NCBI GenBank assembly: GCA_902778455.1
Contig: CACYXR010000017.1
Coordinates: forward strand, 60,794 to 124,793
Direction: 5' to 3'
DNA length: 64,000 bases
From: an uncultured Selenomonadaceae bacterium
GTDB taxonomy: Bacteria > Bacillota > Negativicutes > Selenomonadales > Selenomonadaceae
A program made the position numbers and the translations under genes. The notes below the pieces were generated by a model that saw nothing but the letters and a program-made list of their open reading frames with translations, was not told where the DNA came from and did not search any database. This document shows, piece by piece, positions 9,004-18,481 of this stretch (position 1 is its first letter; each line of letters begins with the position of its first letter).

Positions 9004-10253
9004 CGAATTGGTTGGATATACTTTCTTTCCTTTTGGCCGGCGCAATGCTGACCCTGACGGCGCTGGGGATTGCCGTGAGCGCGATCATGCCCGGCATTGA
9101 GCGATGGAACCGGCGCTTCTTCATGAGCCTCTTTGCGACAGTCATACTGCTCATAGTTGCCGGTCTCGTTGATGCCCTGGTATGGAATCATCCAAGCATG
9201 GCAACAGCGGAAAGAATCGCCTCCTATTTCGAGTATCTCTTCATCTCGCTGCCAATGCCGATGTTCACGGCTTTCCTGCTCAACACGTGCGGGGAAGATT
9301 GGCGAAAGAGCCCGCTTTTCCGCGCTGTCATCGTCCTCTGGGGCGTATACTTCCTCCTGCTGGGCGTCGCCCAATGCACGACCTTCCTGTACTACATTAC
9401 GCCCGACAATGATTTTTTCCGCGGTTCTTGGCATTCACTGCTTGTGGCGCCCCTGCTCCTGCTCATGCTTCTCAATCTGATCGGCGTGATCCGGCGGCGC
9501 GCGCGCCTCTCCCAAAAAACCTACGCGGCCTTTCTCGTCCACCTGCTCCCGTTGGCGGTCACCATTCTCGTCCACACCTTTTTTTTCGTCCCGATACTCC
9601 CTTTCATCGGCATGGCGTTCTCCACCCTTGCCATGTTCGGCGTCATCCTGTACGACCAGATTGACCGCTATATGCGCCAGCAGCAGGAAATCGCCCATCA
9701 GCGTGCCCGCATCATGGTGCTGCAGATGCGGCCCCATTTCATCTACAACGCCATGATGAGCATCTATTACCTTTGCGCGCAGGATCCAAAAAAGGCCCAG
9801 CAGGTCACGCTGGATTTCACCGCTTACCTGCGCAGGAACTTCACCGCTATCGCCAGCGAGAACACCGTGCCCTTTTCCGACGAACTGGAACACACCCGCG
9901 CTTATCTCGCTGTGGAGCAGGTGCAGTTCGAGGATGGCCTCTTGGTTGACTACGACACGCCCCATACCAATTTCCGCATACCTCCGCTGACCTTGCAGCC
10001 CATTGTGGAGAATGCCGTCAAGCACGGTATGGACCCGGAAACCACGCCCCTGCATATCTCCATCCGAACCCAGGAGACGGAGACCGGCAGCGAGATCGTC
10101 GTGGAGGACAACGGCCCCGGCTTTGCCCCCAGCGACAAACCGCATACCGCCCTGGCGAACATCCGTCAGCGGCTGGAAATGATGTGCGGCGGAAAAATGA
10201 CGATACACCCCCGGGACGGAGGCGGAACGGTGGTAACCGTGACTATCCCCTGA
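9000..10253 (+). CDS. sensor histidine kinase, LytS/YehU type (His_kinase + HATPase_c) with multi-TM N-terminus
   Basis: RPHFIYNAMMSI H-box, ...ENAVKHG..., VEDNGPGF. ATG at 9000 overlaps the upstream stop (ATGA) and is preceded by GAGGGAGG. Confidence 0.85.
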   Translation: MTNWLDILSFLLAGAMLTLTALGIAVSAIMPGIERWNRRFFMSLFATVILLIVAGLVDALVWNHPSMATAERIASYFEYLFISLPMPMFTAFLLNTCGEDWRKSPLFRAVIVLWGVYFLLLGVAQCTTFLYYITPDNDFFRGSWHSLLVAPLLLLMLLNLIGVIRRRARLSQKTYAAFLVHLLPLAVTILVHTFFFVPILPFIGMAFSTLAMFGVILYDQIDRYMRQQQEIAHQRARIMVLQMRPHFIYNAMMSIYYLCAQDPKKAQQVTLDFTAYLRRNFTAIASENTVPFSDELEHTRAYLAVEQVQFEDGLLVDYDTPHTNFRIPPLTLQPIVENAVKHGMDPETTPLHISIRTQETETGSEIVVEDNGPGFAPSDKPHTALANIRQRLEMMCGGKMTIHPRDGGGTVVTVTIP

Positions 10254-10343
10254 ATCGGAATGAAAGGTGAACATTTCCTATGATATTCGCCTTTTCTCCA
10301 ATGCCCCTTTCCGCACATTTCCAAAGGTTGGTACCAAAACAAA

Positions 10344-10373
10344 CGGCGTCTCCCAAACCTTCAGGAGACGCCG
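10344..10373. terminator. hairpin between convergent kinase and tex genes
   Basis: Stem CGGCGTCTCC / GGAGACGCCG flanked by AAA and TTT. The U-runs are short. Confidence 0.45.
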
Positions 10374-10418
10374 TTTATGCTGTCAACATCAGGGTACGAA
10401 ATTCTCCAATACGAACCG

Positions 10419-12608
10419 TCAGCCCGCTTTCTGCTCCGTCGGGACCTGCCGCAGCGAGAGACCGATGCGCCCTCGTTCTTCGTCCACCTTGATGACCATG
10501 ACATTCAGGACGTCGCCTACGGCAACCACATCCAGCGGATGTCGCACGCGCTTTTTGCTGAGTTCGGAGATGTGAATGAGCCCCGCCGTCTTGATGCCGA
10601 TGTCCACGAAAACGCCGAAATCGGTGATGTTCCGCACCGTACCGCGCATGATGGTTCCCGGTTTGATGTCAGAGAGTTTGACGATAGCCTGCCGCGTAAG
10701 CGGCGCGGGCAAATCCTCGCGCGGATCGCGGCCCGGCTTCACCAGCGCCGCGAGGATGTCGCGGACGGTAGGCAATCCCGCGTCGAGGTCTTTCGCCAGC
10801 TTTTCCTCGTTCACGAGCTTGGCCTTAGCAGCGAGAAAATCGAGCGATTTGCGGTCGCCAAGGTCTTGCATCTCAAAACCGAGACGGTCGAGAATCCTTT
10901 CAGCGAGGGCGTAAGACTCGGGATGTACGGGAGTGTTGTCGAGAGGCGATTCGCCGCCCCGAATACGCAGGAAACCCGCGCACTGAGTAAAGGCCGCCGG
11001 ACCAAGGCGCGGAACCTTCAAAAGCTCTTGCCGTTTCTTGAAGGAACCGTTTTCGTTCCGATAGGCGACGATATTTTTTGCGACGCCGGCGTTGATACCT
11101 GAAATGTGGCGCAGCAATTCGCCCGAAGCCGTATTGAGGTCGACGCCCACATGGTTTACTGCGGACTCGATGGTGGCGTCGAGCGTATGGGACAGCTCCG
11201 ATTGATTGACGTCATGCTGGTACTGCCCGACGCCGATAGCTTTCGGATCAATTTTGACAAGTTCGGCAAGGGGATCCTGCACACGGCGCGCAATGGAGAC
11301 AGCGCCCCGAATCGTTACATCGTACTCCGGCAGTTCCTCTTTCGCCAGCTTCGAGGCAGAGTAAACAGAGGCCCCCGCCTCGTTCGTAATCAGGTAATGG
11401 ACATCCGTAAGATTGTGTTCCTTTATGAGCTGCGCGGTGAATTCCTCCGTTTCGAGGGAAGCGGTGCCGTTGCCGATAGAAATCAACGTTACATGGTGCT
11501 TTTGGATGAGCCCCAGCACCTTCTGTTCCGCCGCCTGTTTCGCCGAATCGCTCTGCGTCACTTGAATGACGCCGTGGTCGAGGACCTGGCCTGTGGCATC
11601 CACTACGGCCAGCTTGCAGCCCGTGCGGTAGCCGGGGTCGAGCCCCAACACCACATGCCCGGCCAGCGGCGGCTGCAAAAGAAGCTGTTTGAGGTTCGCA
11701 CCGAAGACGTGAATCGCCTGCGCTTCGGCGTTCTCCGTCAGCGTCGTGCGAATCTCACGCTCCAGCGCGGGGAAGAGCAGCCGTTTGTAGCCGTCCTCTA
11801 TTGCGGAGCGCAGCGGTTCGGCAAAGTTCGACGGCTGTTTGTAAACGCCGTTATAGATGGTCTCGCAGTTCGCCTCGTGGTCTGTCTTGAGGCGCACCTT
11901 GAGGCATCCCTTCTTTTCGCCGCGGTTAATGGCCAGCACGCGATGAGACGGCAGCGTCCGTACCGGCTCTTCATAGGCGTCATACATCAGGAAGGTCTGG
12001 CTTTCCTCCGCCTCTTTGTCAAGCTCGGTGGCGATGACGCCCGTTTGCCAAAGTTCCTTTCTCATCTTTTGGCGCAGCGCCGCTTCTTCCATGACCATCT
12101 CGGCCACGATGTCCTCGGCGCCCGTCAGCGCGTCCTCCGCCGTGGGCACTCCCTTTTCCTCGTCGACAAAATCTGCCGCCGCCGAAAGCGCATTCCGTGT
12201 CGTCTCCTGCTGCGCGAGCATCGCCTCCGCCAGCGGCTCAAGTCCACGCTCCCGGGCAATCTGCGCGCGGGTGCGTTTCTTCTGTTTGAAAGGGAGGTAA
12301 AGATCCTCGAGCTCCTGGAGCTTCTGCGCCTTTTCGATGGAATCCCGCAGCTCGTCGGTCATCTTCCCCTGTTCCTCGATTTTCGCGACGATTTCCTCTT
12401 GCCGTTTTACGAGGTTGCGAAGATACATCATGCGCTCCTCTACCGTGCGCACCTGCTCCTCGTCCAACTCTCCCGTTGCCTCTTTGCGATAGCGGGAAAT
12501 GAATGGCACCGTGTTCCCCCCGTCCAAAAGTTCCATCGTCGCCTCGACCTGCTTCGGTCTGAGCTTCAATTCCCACGCGATGGCTGCGCCTATATCCTCC
12601 GTTCGCAT
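10419..12608 (-). CDS. tex: Tex-like transcription accessory protein (S1 RNA-binding domain protein)
   Basis: 729 aa. N-terminal Tex domain (VPFISRYRKEATG), YqgF/RuvC-like region and HhH region, C-terminal S1 domain (GTVRNITDFGVFVDIG). Confidence 0.92.
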   Translation of the reverse strand: MRTEDIGAAIAWELKLRPKQVEATMELLDGGNTVPFISRYRKEATGELDEEQVRTVEERMMYLRNLVKRQEEIVAKIEEQGKMTDELRDSIEKAQKLQELEDLYLPFKQKKRTRAQIARERGLEPLAEAMLAQQETTRNALSAAADFVDEEKGVPTAEDALTGAEDIVAEMVMEEAALRQKMRKELWQTGVIATELDKEAEESQTFLMYDAYEEPVRTLPSHRVLAINRGEKKGCLKVRLKTDHEANCETIYNGVYKQPSNFAEPLRSAIEDGYKRLLFPALEREIRTTLTENAEAQAIHVFGANLKQLLLQPPLAGHVVLGLDPGYRTGCKLAVVDATGQVLDHGVIQVTQSDSAKQAAEQKVLGLIQKHHVTLISIGNGTASLETEEFTAQLIKEHNLTDVHYLITNEAGASVYSASKLAKEELPEYDVTIRGAVSIARRVQDPLAELVKIDPKAIGVGQYQHDVNQSELSHTLDATIESAVNHVGVDLNTASGELLRHISGINAGVAKNIVAYRNENGSFKKRQELLKVPRLGPAAFTQCAGFLRIRGGESPLDNTPVHPESYALAERILDRLGFEMQDLGDRKSLDFLAAKAKLVNEEKLAKDLDAGLPTVRDILAALVKPGRDPREDLPAPLTRQAIVKLSDIKPGTIMRGTVRNITDFGVFVDIGIKTAGLIHISELSKKRVRHPLDVVAVGDVLNVMVIKVDEERGRIGLSLRQVPTEQKAG

Positions 12609-12902
12609 CTGCTGTCTCCTTCCGCATAAAGCCGCGCTCCGGTGTTCGCCGTCGCGCGGTCGTTTCTTTTTATATCATACTTGACCTATTATAACATAAA
12701 AAAAGCGTAATAGCAGTGTGACTGCTATCCGCACAAAATCTTCCGCATCCAGGAAATCGTGCCTCCGTTCCTTTCCCGTGTTATAATACGGATGGCAGCA
12801 GAAAAGGAAAGAGACGATTCATCATACAGACGAAAGGACTGCGGCGGTACGGGGGGACAAGGACATCGCTCCCGGGGGACTGCTGCACGGAGCAGACGAA
12901 TC

Positions 12903-13826
12903 ATGAAATACACAGCAAAATCAAAAATCTGTGACGTCGTAAACGATCCTGCTTTTGACGGCTTCGGAAGACTTCTCTTCCCTGTACAGCGAAATTATAT
13001 GCAGGGCGCATCGCTGGGAACAATGAAACTTTCATGGTACACGAATATTTGCCCTAATGACACCGTGGCTGTAATCAATTATCTTTGGGCGCAAGCTTCC
13101 GCAGGAGAAACCATCTTCTGCGACATTTACACCGAAAAAGAAAAAATGGCCGACCCGGCAAAACGTGACACGGGTTTGTTTCTCTTCCGCGGAGCCCCCG
13201 GCGGAAAAGTCGCCATCCTCAACGCAGGCGGCGGCTTTCGCTACGTCGGAGCGATGCACGACAGTTTCCCGCACGCGTTGGCGCTTTCCCAAAAGGGTAT
13301 TCATGCCTTCGCTCTGATTTACCGCCCCGGCGGCGAATCAAGCTGTGAGGACCTGGCCCGGGCAATTGCTTTTATTCACGAAAATGCAATCGCATTGCAA
13401 ATAGATATCACCGGATATTCCCTTTGGGGCGGCTCGGCCGGCGCACGAACGGCGGCAATCCTCGGCTCGCTTGGAACGGCACGATTCGGCGAAAAAAACT
13501 ATCCCAGGCCGGCCGCTGTCATAATGCAATACACAGGCTTTGCCGACATTTACGGAAACGAACCGCCCACATACAGCTGTGCCGGAAGCAATGACGGCGC
13601 CGGCCTTCGCCGGACAATGCGGGAACGGACAGAGGCCATCCGCAGGAACGGAAACGATGCGGTATTCGAAGTATTCGACGGGCTGTCTCACGGCTTTGGA
13701 TTAGGAACGGGAACCGCCGCAGAAGGCTGGATCGATCGGGCGGTGCGGTTCTGGGAACGGCAGACAATCATAGGATCTGAGAGCAATACCGATAATTTGC
13801 AGCTTTGCTTTGATCCACTACGATAA
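12903..13826 (+). CDS. alpha/beta hydrolase (esterase-like)
   Basis: GGSAG nucleophile motif (LWGGSAGA) and HGFGLG near the C-terminus. Start taken at MKYTAKSK; the maximal ORF begins at 12759. Confidence 0.7.
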   Translation: MKYTAKSKICDVVNDPAFDGFGRLLFPVQRNYMQGASLGTMKLSWYTNICPNDTVAVINYLWAQASAGETIFCDIYTEKEKMADPAKRDTGLFLFRGAPGGKVAILNAGGGFRYVGAMHDSFPHALALSQKGIHAFALIYRPGGESSCEDLARAIAFIHENAIALQIDITGYSLWGGSAGARTAAILGSLGTARFGEKNYPRPAAVIMQYTGFADIYGNEPPTYSCAGSNDGAGLRRTMRERTEAIRRNGNDAVFEVFDGLSHGFGLGTGTAAEGWIDRAVRFWERQTIIGSESNTDNLQLCFDPLR

Positions 13827-13881
13827 AAGTTTTCCTTTTTTACCGTTTTGCATATTTTTTCAGAAAACCGCCAAAAAAACA

Positions 13882-13910
13882 TTTACCGAACTATGCTGAA
13901 ATGATATAAT
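13882..13910 (+). promoter_or_regulatory. sigmaA-type promoter of TAXI-TRAP operon
   Basis: TTTACC, 17-nt spacer, TATAAT, about 50 nt upstream of the TAXI gene ATG. Confidence 0.5.
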
Positions 13911-13960
13911 AGCCATAAGCGAAAAGTCATATACCATTTCAAAAAAGGAGAGGATACCAT

Positions 13961-14989
13961 ATGTGGAAAAAACTGATGAGCGCAATCCTGATTGCGGCTC
14001 TTGCCGTGATGACCGCAGCCTGCGGAGGAGGCGGCGGAAACTCCGGCAGCGGCGGCTCCGGCGCGCCGAAGAAAGAAACGAAAGTGGATCGCAGCAAAGA
14101 ATTTGTCACGGTATTGACCGGCCCGACCAGCGGCATTTATTTCCCGATCGGCGGCGCGTTCTCGAAGGTCATCGGCGAGATGGGCTACAAGACCTCGGCG
14201 ACGGCGACGGGCGCGACAGGTGAGAACATCAACGCAATCCTGACCGGCAAGGGTGAGCTCGCCATTGCGATGTCCGACTCCGTGATCCAGGCCGTGGAAG
14301 GCTTCGGAGCGTATGAGGGCAAGCCGAAGGCCACCGACCTTCGCGCGATGATGGGCCTCTGGCCGAACGTAGTTCAGATTGTCACGACGGAAGATTCCGG
14401 CATCAAGACCTTTGCCGATATCAAAGGCAAGCGCGTCGGCGTCGGCGCCCCGAATTCCGGCGTTGAGCTGAATGCCCGCATGATTTTCGAGGCCAACGGC
14501 ATGACCTATGACGACGCAAAAGTTGACTATCTTTCTTACGGCGAGGCCATCGACCAGATGAAGAACGGTCAGTGCGACGTGGCGTTCGTCACCTCCGGTC
14601 TCGGCAACGCAACCATCAAGGAACTCGGCACCTCGAAGAAGATCGTGTTCATCCCGGTGGACGGCGAAGCGCTGAAGAAGCTGACCGCAAAGTATCCGTT
14701 CTATGTCGAGTGGAAGATTCCGAAGGAAACTTACGGCACAGACAACGACACGGTGACAGCGGCAGTCATGAACATCATGCTCGTCTCGAAGAACCTGTCC
14801 GACGACGTGGTCTATGACCTCCTTGGCGGCATCTATTCCGACAAAGGACTTGAGACGATCGGCGCATCCCACGCGACGGCGAAGCGCGAGATCAAGCTTG
14901 ACACTGCTCTTCGCGGCATCAAAGGCACCAGCGTCAAGCTGCATCCGGGTGCGGAAAAGTTCTACAAGGACAAGGGTATCCTGAAGTAA
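13961..14989 (+). CDS. TAXI-family TRAP transporter solute-binding lipoprotein
   Basis: Lipobox (LAVMTAAC) and TGPTSGIYFPIGGA, typical of TAXI receptors. Followed by DUF1850 and a fused permease. Confidence 0.88.
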   Translation: MWKKLMSAILIAALAVMTAACGGGGGNSGSGGSGAPKKETKVDRSKEFVTVLTGPTSGIYFPIGGAFSKVIGEMGYKTSATATGATGENINAILTGKGELAIAMSDSVIQAVEGFGAYEGKPKATDLRAMMGLWPNVVQIVTTEDSGIKTFADIKGKRVGVGAPNSGVELNARMIFEANGMTYDDAKVDYLSYGEAIDQMKNGQCDVAFVTSGLGNATIKELGTSKKIVFIPVDGEALKKLTAKYPFYVEWKIPKETYGTDNDTVTAAVMNIMLVSKNLSDDVVYDLLGGIYSDKGLETIGASHATAKREIKLDTALRGIKGTSVKLHPGAEKFYKDKGILK

Positions 14990-14996
14990 CCCGCAA

Positions 14997-15500
14997 ATGA
15001 AAAAAAAGGCGGCTGCCGCGCTTTGCGCGGCCGTCGTCCTGCTCGCTGGATTGTGGGCGCTGAACGAGTTTTCGGCACAGACCGTGCTTCGGATTTACGA
15101 TTACGAAACGAAAGAAATCTATGTTGAAGTTCCGGCCAAAGAAGGCGATCAGCTTTTCTTTGGCTGGATTCATTCTTGGGAGAAAATCCCGTGGCACGAA
15201 TATTACCACATTGACGCGAACCACGACCTGATCCTCGACATGATCGCCTTCCCCGCTTTTGGCGCAGGCATTCCCGAAAATAAGGGCACCGAGGTTTGGG
15301 TGGACGACGACGGCATGATTTACATGAACAATATCAATCAGGTATTCCACGAATTTACATGGATCAACTCGCATTTCGCAACGCGGGACATCAAGCTGAA
15401 CGATGTCCTGATAGCGAAGGGCGAAACACTCCCCGAGCATACGCGGGTCAATCTCAAGGTAGTAAAAAGGAGATTTTTTGATGGCAAAGGAAACCGATAA
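14997..15500 (+). CDS. DUF1850 domain protein (TAXI-TRAP associated)
   Basis: 167 aa, signal-anchored, in the conserved position between the TAXI receptor and the fused TRAP permease. Confidence 0.7.
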   Translation: MKKKAAAALCAAVVLLAGLWALNEFSAQTVLRIYDYETKEIYVEVPAKEGDQLFFGWIHSWEKIPWHEYYHIDANHDLILDMIAFPAFGAGIPENKGTEVWVDDDGMIYMNNINQVFHEFTWINSHFATRDIKLNDVLIAKGETLPEHTRVNLKVVKRRFFDGKGNR

Positions 15501-17448
15501 TACGCTACTGGAAAGCGAAGAATCAAAGCGGCTCGAGGAAAAGTCCGAGGAAATTGTCCGGAAACTGGACAAAGAATCGGCGACACGCAAATTTACGAAT
15601 CCGTTGATGAAGAAAATCTTCTTCACCGCGTGCCTTCTTGTCTCCTGCTATCATCTATACACGGCGGCCTTCGGCCCACCCGTGACTCTGGTGCATCGCT
15701 CCCTGCATGTCGCGATGATTCTCGCGCTGGGCTTTTTGATGTACCCGGCGGGAAAAAACTCGGACATGACGAAGCCTTCCATCCTCGACTGGATTCTCGC
15801 GGCATTGTCTTTTGCCGCGCCGATTTACATTTATACAGACTACTTGGGCGTGGTAGAGCGAGCCGGCAATCCGAACCAGACGGATCTCTATATGGCAACG
15901 CTGCTCGTTGTGCTCGTACTGGAGTGTTCACGCCGTGTCACGGGCAACGCATTGGCGATTCTTTCCATCGTCTTCATCATTTACGGATTGTACGGACGGG
16001 AATTCCCGGGCATGTTCATGCACCGCGGCTATGACTGGGCCTCACTGTCGAACCATTTCTTCGCGAACACCGAAGGCATCTATGGTACGTCGGTCAGCGT
16101 CGCAGCCAGCTATATTTTCCTGTTCATCCTGTTCGGCGCCGTCATGTCGAAGTGCGGCATGGGGCAATTCTTCAATGATATCGCTCTGGCGCTCGCCGGA
16201 CATACGAAGGGCGGCCCCGCGAAGGTATCGGTCATCGCGTCGGGCTTCCTCGGCTCGATCAACGGCTCCGCAGTGGCGAACGTCGTTACCACCGGCGCGT
16301 TCACGATCCCGCTGATGAAAAAGACCGGCTACTCGAAGGAATTCGCCGGTGCGGTGGAAGCGGCGGCCTCTGTAGGCGGCCAGCTCCTGCCCCCGATCAT
16401 GGGCGCGGCGGCGTTCATCATGGCGGAAATGATCAGCGTCCAATACTCGACCATCATCACCTGGGCAGCGATTCCCGCATTGCTCTATTATCTGAGTATC
16501 GTACTGCAAGTGCATCTCCGCGCCTCGAAGGACGGTCTCGTCGGCCTGCCGAAGGACCAGCTGCCGAGGACAAGCGACGTCATGAAGCGGCGCAGCCATC
16601 TGCTGCTGCCGGTCATCTTCCTGCTTTACATGCTGTTCTTCTCCGGCACGACTGTCATTTTCTCGGCGGTCATGACGATCCTCGTCACGATTGTCGTCTC
16701 GATGTTCCGCGAGGAAACGCGCATGACGTTCTCCAGCTTCCTCGACGCGCTGGCGGACGGCGCGAAACAGACCGTCTCCGTGGCCGTGGCCTGCGCCTGC
16801 GTCGGCATCATCATCGGCGTCTGCTCGAAAACCGGCTTCGGCCTGACGATGGCGAACACGATTATCGCCCTCGGCTCCACGAGCCTGCTCTTTACGCTGT
16901 TCTTCACGATGATTACCTGCATGATTCTAGGCATGGGGCTTCCGTCGATTCCAGCCTACATCATCACGGCGACCATCGCCGCCCCGGCGCTTGCGAAGCT
17001 GGGCATCCCAGCGGGCGCGGCGCATATGTTCTCGTTCTATTACGCGATGTTCGCGAACCTGACGCCGCCGGTGGCGTTGGCCTCCTTCGCGGCAGCGGGC
17101 CTCTCGGGCGGCAACCCGATGAAGACGGGCGTCGCATCGGTCAAGTTGGCGATTGCCGGCTTTATCGTGCCCTTCATGTTCGTCTACGCGCCACAGCTGA
17201 TGCTGATCAACACTACCGTAGCCGAAGGCGCGTGGGTGGCAGCCAGCGCTTGCGTCGGTGTGTTCCTGATCGCCGTCGCCGTCGAAGGCTACCTGTTCAC
17301 ACCGATGGCGGCATGGCTCCGAATCATCGCGGCGGCAGGCTCCCTGCTCCTCATAAAGCCGGGCATGGAAACCGACGCCATCGGTCTCGCAGTGCTGCTC
17401 GTCGTCCTTTTCCTGCAAAAGAAAAAAGCAGGAAAAGCCATCGCGTAA
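15481..17448 (+). CDS. TRAP transporter fused small/large permease
   Basis: About 655 aa with many TM segments, downstream of TAXI/DUF1850. ATG at 15481 is preceded by AAAAAGGAG. Confidence 0.88.
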   Translation: MAKETDNTLLESEESKRLEEKSEEIVRKLDKESATRKFTNPLMKKIFFTACLLVSCYHLYTAAFGPPVTLVHRSLHVAMILALGFLMYPAGKNSDMTKPSILDWILAALSFAAPIYIYTDYLGVVERAGNPNQTDLYMATLLVVLVLECSRRVTGNALAILSIVFIIYGLYGREFPGMFMHRGYDWASLSNHFFANTEGIYGTSVSVAASYIFLFILFGAVMSKCGMGQFFNDIALALAGHTKGGPAKVSVIASGFLGSINGSAVANVVTTGAFTIPLMKKTGYSKEFAGAVEAAASVGGQLLPPIMGAAAFIMAEMISVQYSTIITWAAIPALLYYLSIVLQVHLRASKDGLVGLPKDQLPRTSDVMKRRSHLLLPVIFLLYMLFFSGTTVIFSAVMTILVTIVVSMFREETRMTFSSFLDALADGAKQTVSVAVACACVGIIIGVCSKTGFGLTMANTIIALGSTSLLFTLFFTMITCMILGMGLPSIPAYIITATIAAPALAKLGIPAGAAHMFSFYYAMFANLTPPVALASFAAAGLSGGNPMKTGVASVKLAIAGFIVPFMFVYAPQLMLINTTVAEGAWVAASACVGVFLIAVAVEGYLFTPMAAWLRIIAAAGSLLLIKPGMETDAIGLAVLLVVLFLQKKKAGKAIA

Positions 17449-17462
17449 TTTTCCGCAAAATG

Positions 17463-17499
17463 AAACCACCTTCCGGCACTTGTTGGAAGGTGGTTTTTT
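17463..17499. terminator. bidirectional rho-independent terminator
   Basis: Stem AAACCACCTTCC / GGAAGGTGGTTT followed by TTT, with AAAA before it, between convergent genes. Confidence 0.75.
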
Positions 17500-17518
17500 C
17501 TCGGCTTACATTTTCGGC

Positions 17519-17758
17519 TCAATCGTCGTCGTCATCATAGTAATCGTCATCGTCATCATCATCGTCATCATCATAACGATCATAATAATCGTCGAAATCG
17601 TCATAGTCATCATAGTCGTCATCATAGTCATCGTAATACCTATAAGTATTTGCATTGTTAGGCCGGTGATACGCGAATGCGGAATTCGAACTTCCGAAAA
17701 GCAGGGAAAAGCAAACAAACAGCGCCATTACCGCCAAAAACGAACGAATTTTCCTCAT
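17519..17758 (-). CDS. secreted, extremely Asp/Tyr-rich small protein
   Basis: ATG at 17758 preceded by GGAGAGGAA. Signal peptide MRKIRSFLAVMALFVCFSLLFGSSNSAFA. Predicted mature part: YHRPNNANTYRYYDDYDDDYDDYDDFDDYYDRYDDDDDDDDDDYYDDDDD. Confidence 0.6.
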   Translation of the reverse strand: MRKIRSFLAVMALFVCFSLLFGSSNSAFAYHRPNNANTYRYYDDYDDDYDDYDDFDDYYDRYDDDDDDDDDDYYDDDDD

Positions 17759-17874
17759 GCAATTCATTCCTCTCCCCTTTATGTTTTCAAAATCATGTTG
17801 ACTTTTTCCCCAAAAGCGTGATAATTCTCCGAAAGAAGTTATCGGCAAACTTCCTCATAAATATTCGAAACGTG

Positions 17875-18336
17875 TCAAAAATCCGAACCGCCGCCGAGAT
17901 TCCTGAACAAGTCGTCAATGCCCAGAGTCAGCGCGTCAAGGCTCTCATCCTGCCAATGTTCCCAAATGACCTTTGAGACGCGGTTGACAAGTTCATCGGG
18001 ATCGAAAGGTTTACGAATATAATCCGCCGCCCCGTATTGGACAGCCCTGATCACGGAGCTGCGATCCGCGGAAGCAGTCAGCATAATGACCGGAATCTCC
18101 TTCAGCAGCACGTTTTCTCGTATGACGGAAAGCGTCTTGAAACCGTCCCATCCAGGCATAGACACATCAAGCAGTACCAAATGTACCGTGTTTTTCTTCA
18201 GGATATCGACTCCGTCCATGCCCGAAGGCGCCGTCAAAACTTCGTATGATAGTTTTTTTGTCAAAATCCCTTTTGCCATCTGGCGACAGAAGTCATCATC
18301 GTCAATGACTAAGATAGTGATTCCGTTAGACGTCAT
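17875..18336 (-). CDS. single-domain (CheY-like) response regulator
   Basis: 153 aa. ILVIDDDDF, LVLLDVSMPGWDG, MLTA and RKP motifs. About 30-aa C-terminal extension. Confidence 0.85.
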   Translation of the reverse strand: MTSNGITILVIDDDDFCRQMAKGILTKKLSYEVLTAPSGMDGVDILKKNTVHLVLLDVSMPGWDGFKTLSVIRENVLLKEIPVIMLTASADRSSVIRAVQYGAADYIRKPFDPDELVNRVSKVIWEHWQDESLDALTLGIDDLFRNLGGGSDF

Positions 18337-18481
18337 GTTTTAATCCAACCACCTTTCTGCCTCGGTGCCTCCCACCGCTGCTAACCTTCTTATTGTTATA
18401 TTACCAATATACTTCGTTATCTGCCCGATGTCAAATAATCTTTCTTTTTCCTCCTATCCTGTGCCTTTTTGTTGTGCCCAC

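Noticed and set aside
17519-17640. Short-period repeat tract considered as a CRISPR array or minisatellite.
   Set aside because: The period is 3 nt, the tract lies within a coding frame, and there is no repeat-spacer organisation and no cas genes. No CRISPR array was seen anywhere in the window.
17480-17821. 113-aa Ile/Val-rich ORF on the plus strand (IVVVIIVIVIVIIIV...), opposite the Asp/Tyr-rich peptide gene.
   Set aside because: It is the mirror translation of the GAT/GAC/TAT repeat. It starts with a non-ATG codon inside the terminator hairpin and has no SD. The minus-strand ORF has an SD and a canonical signal peptide.
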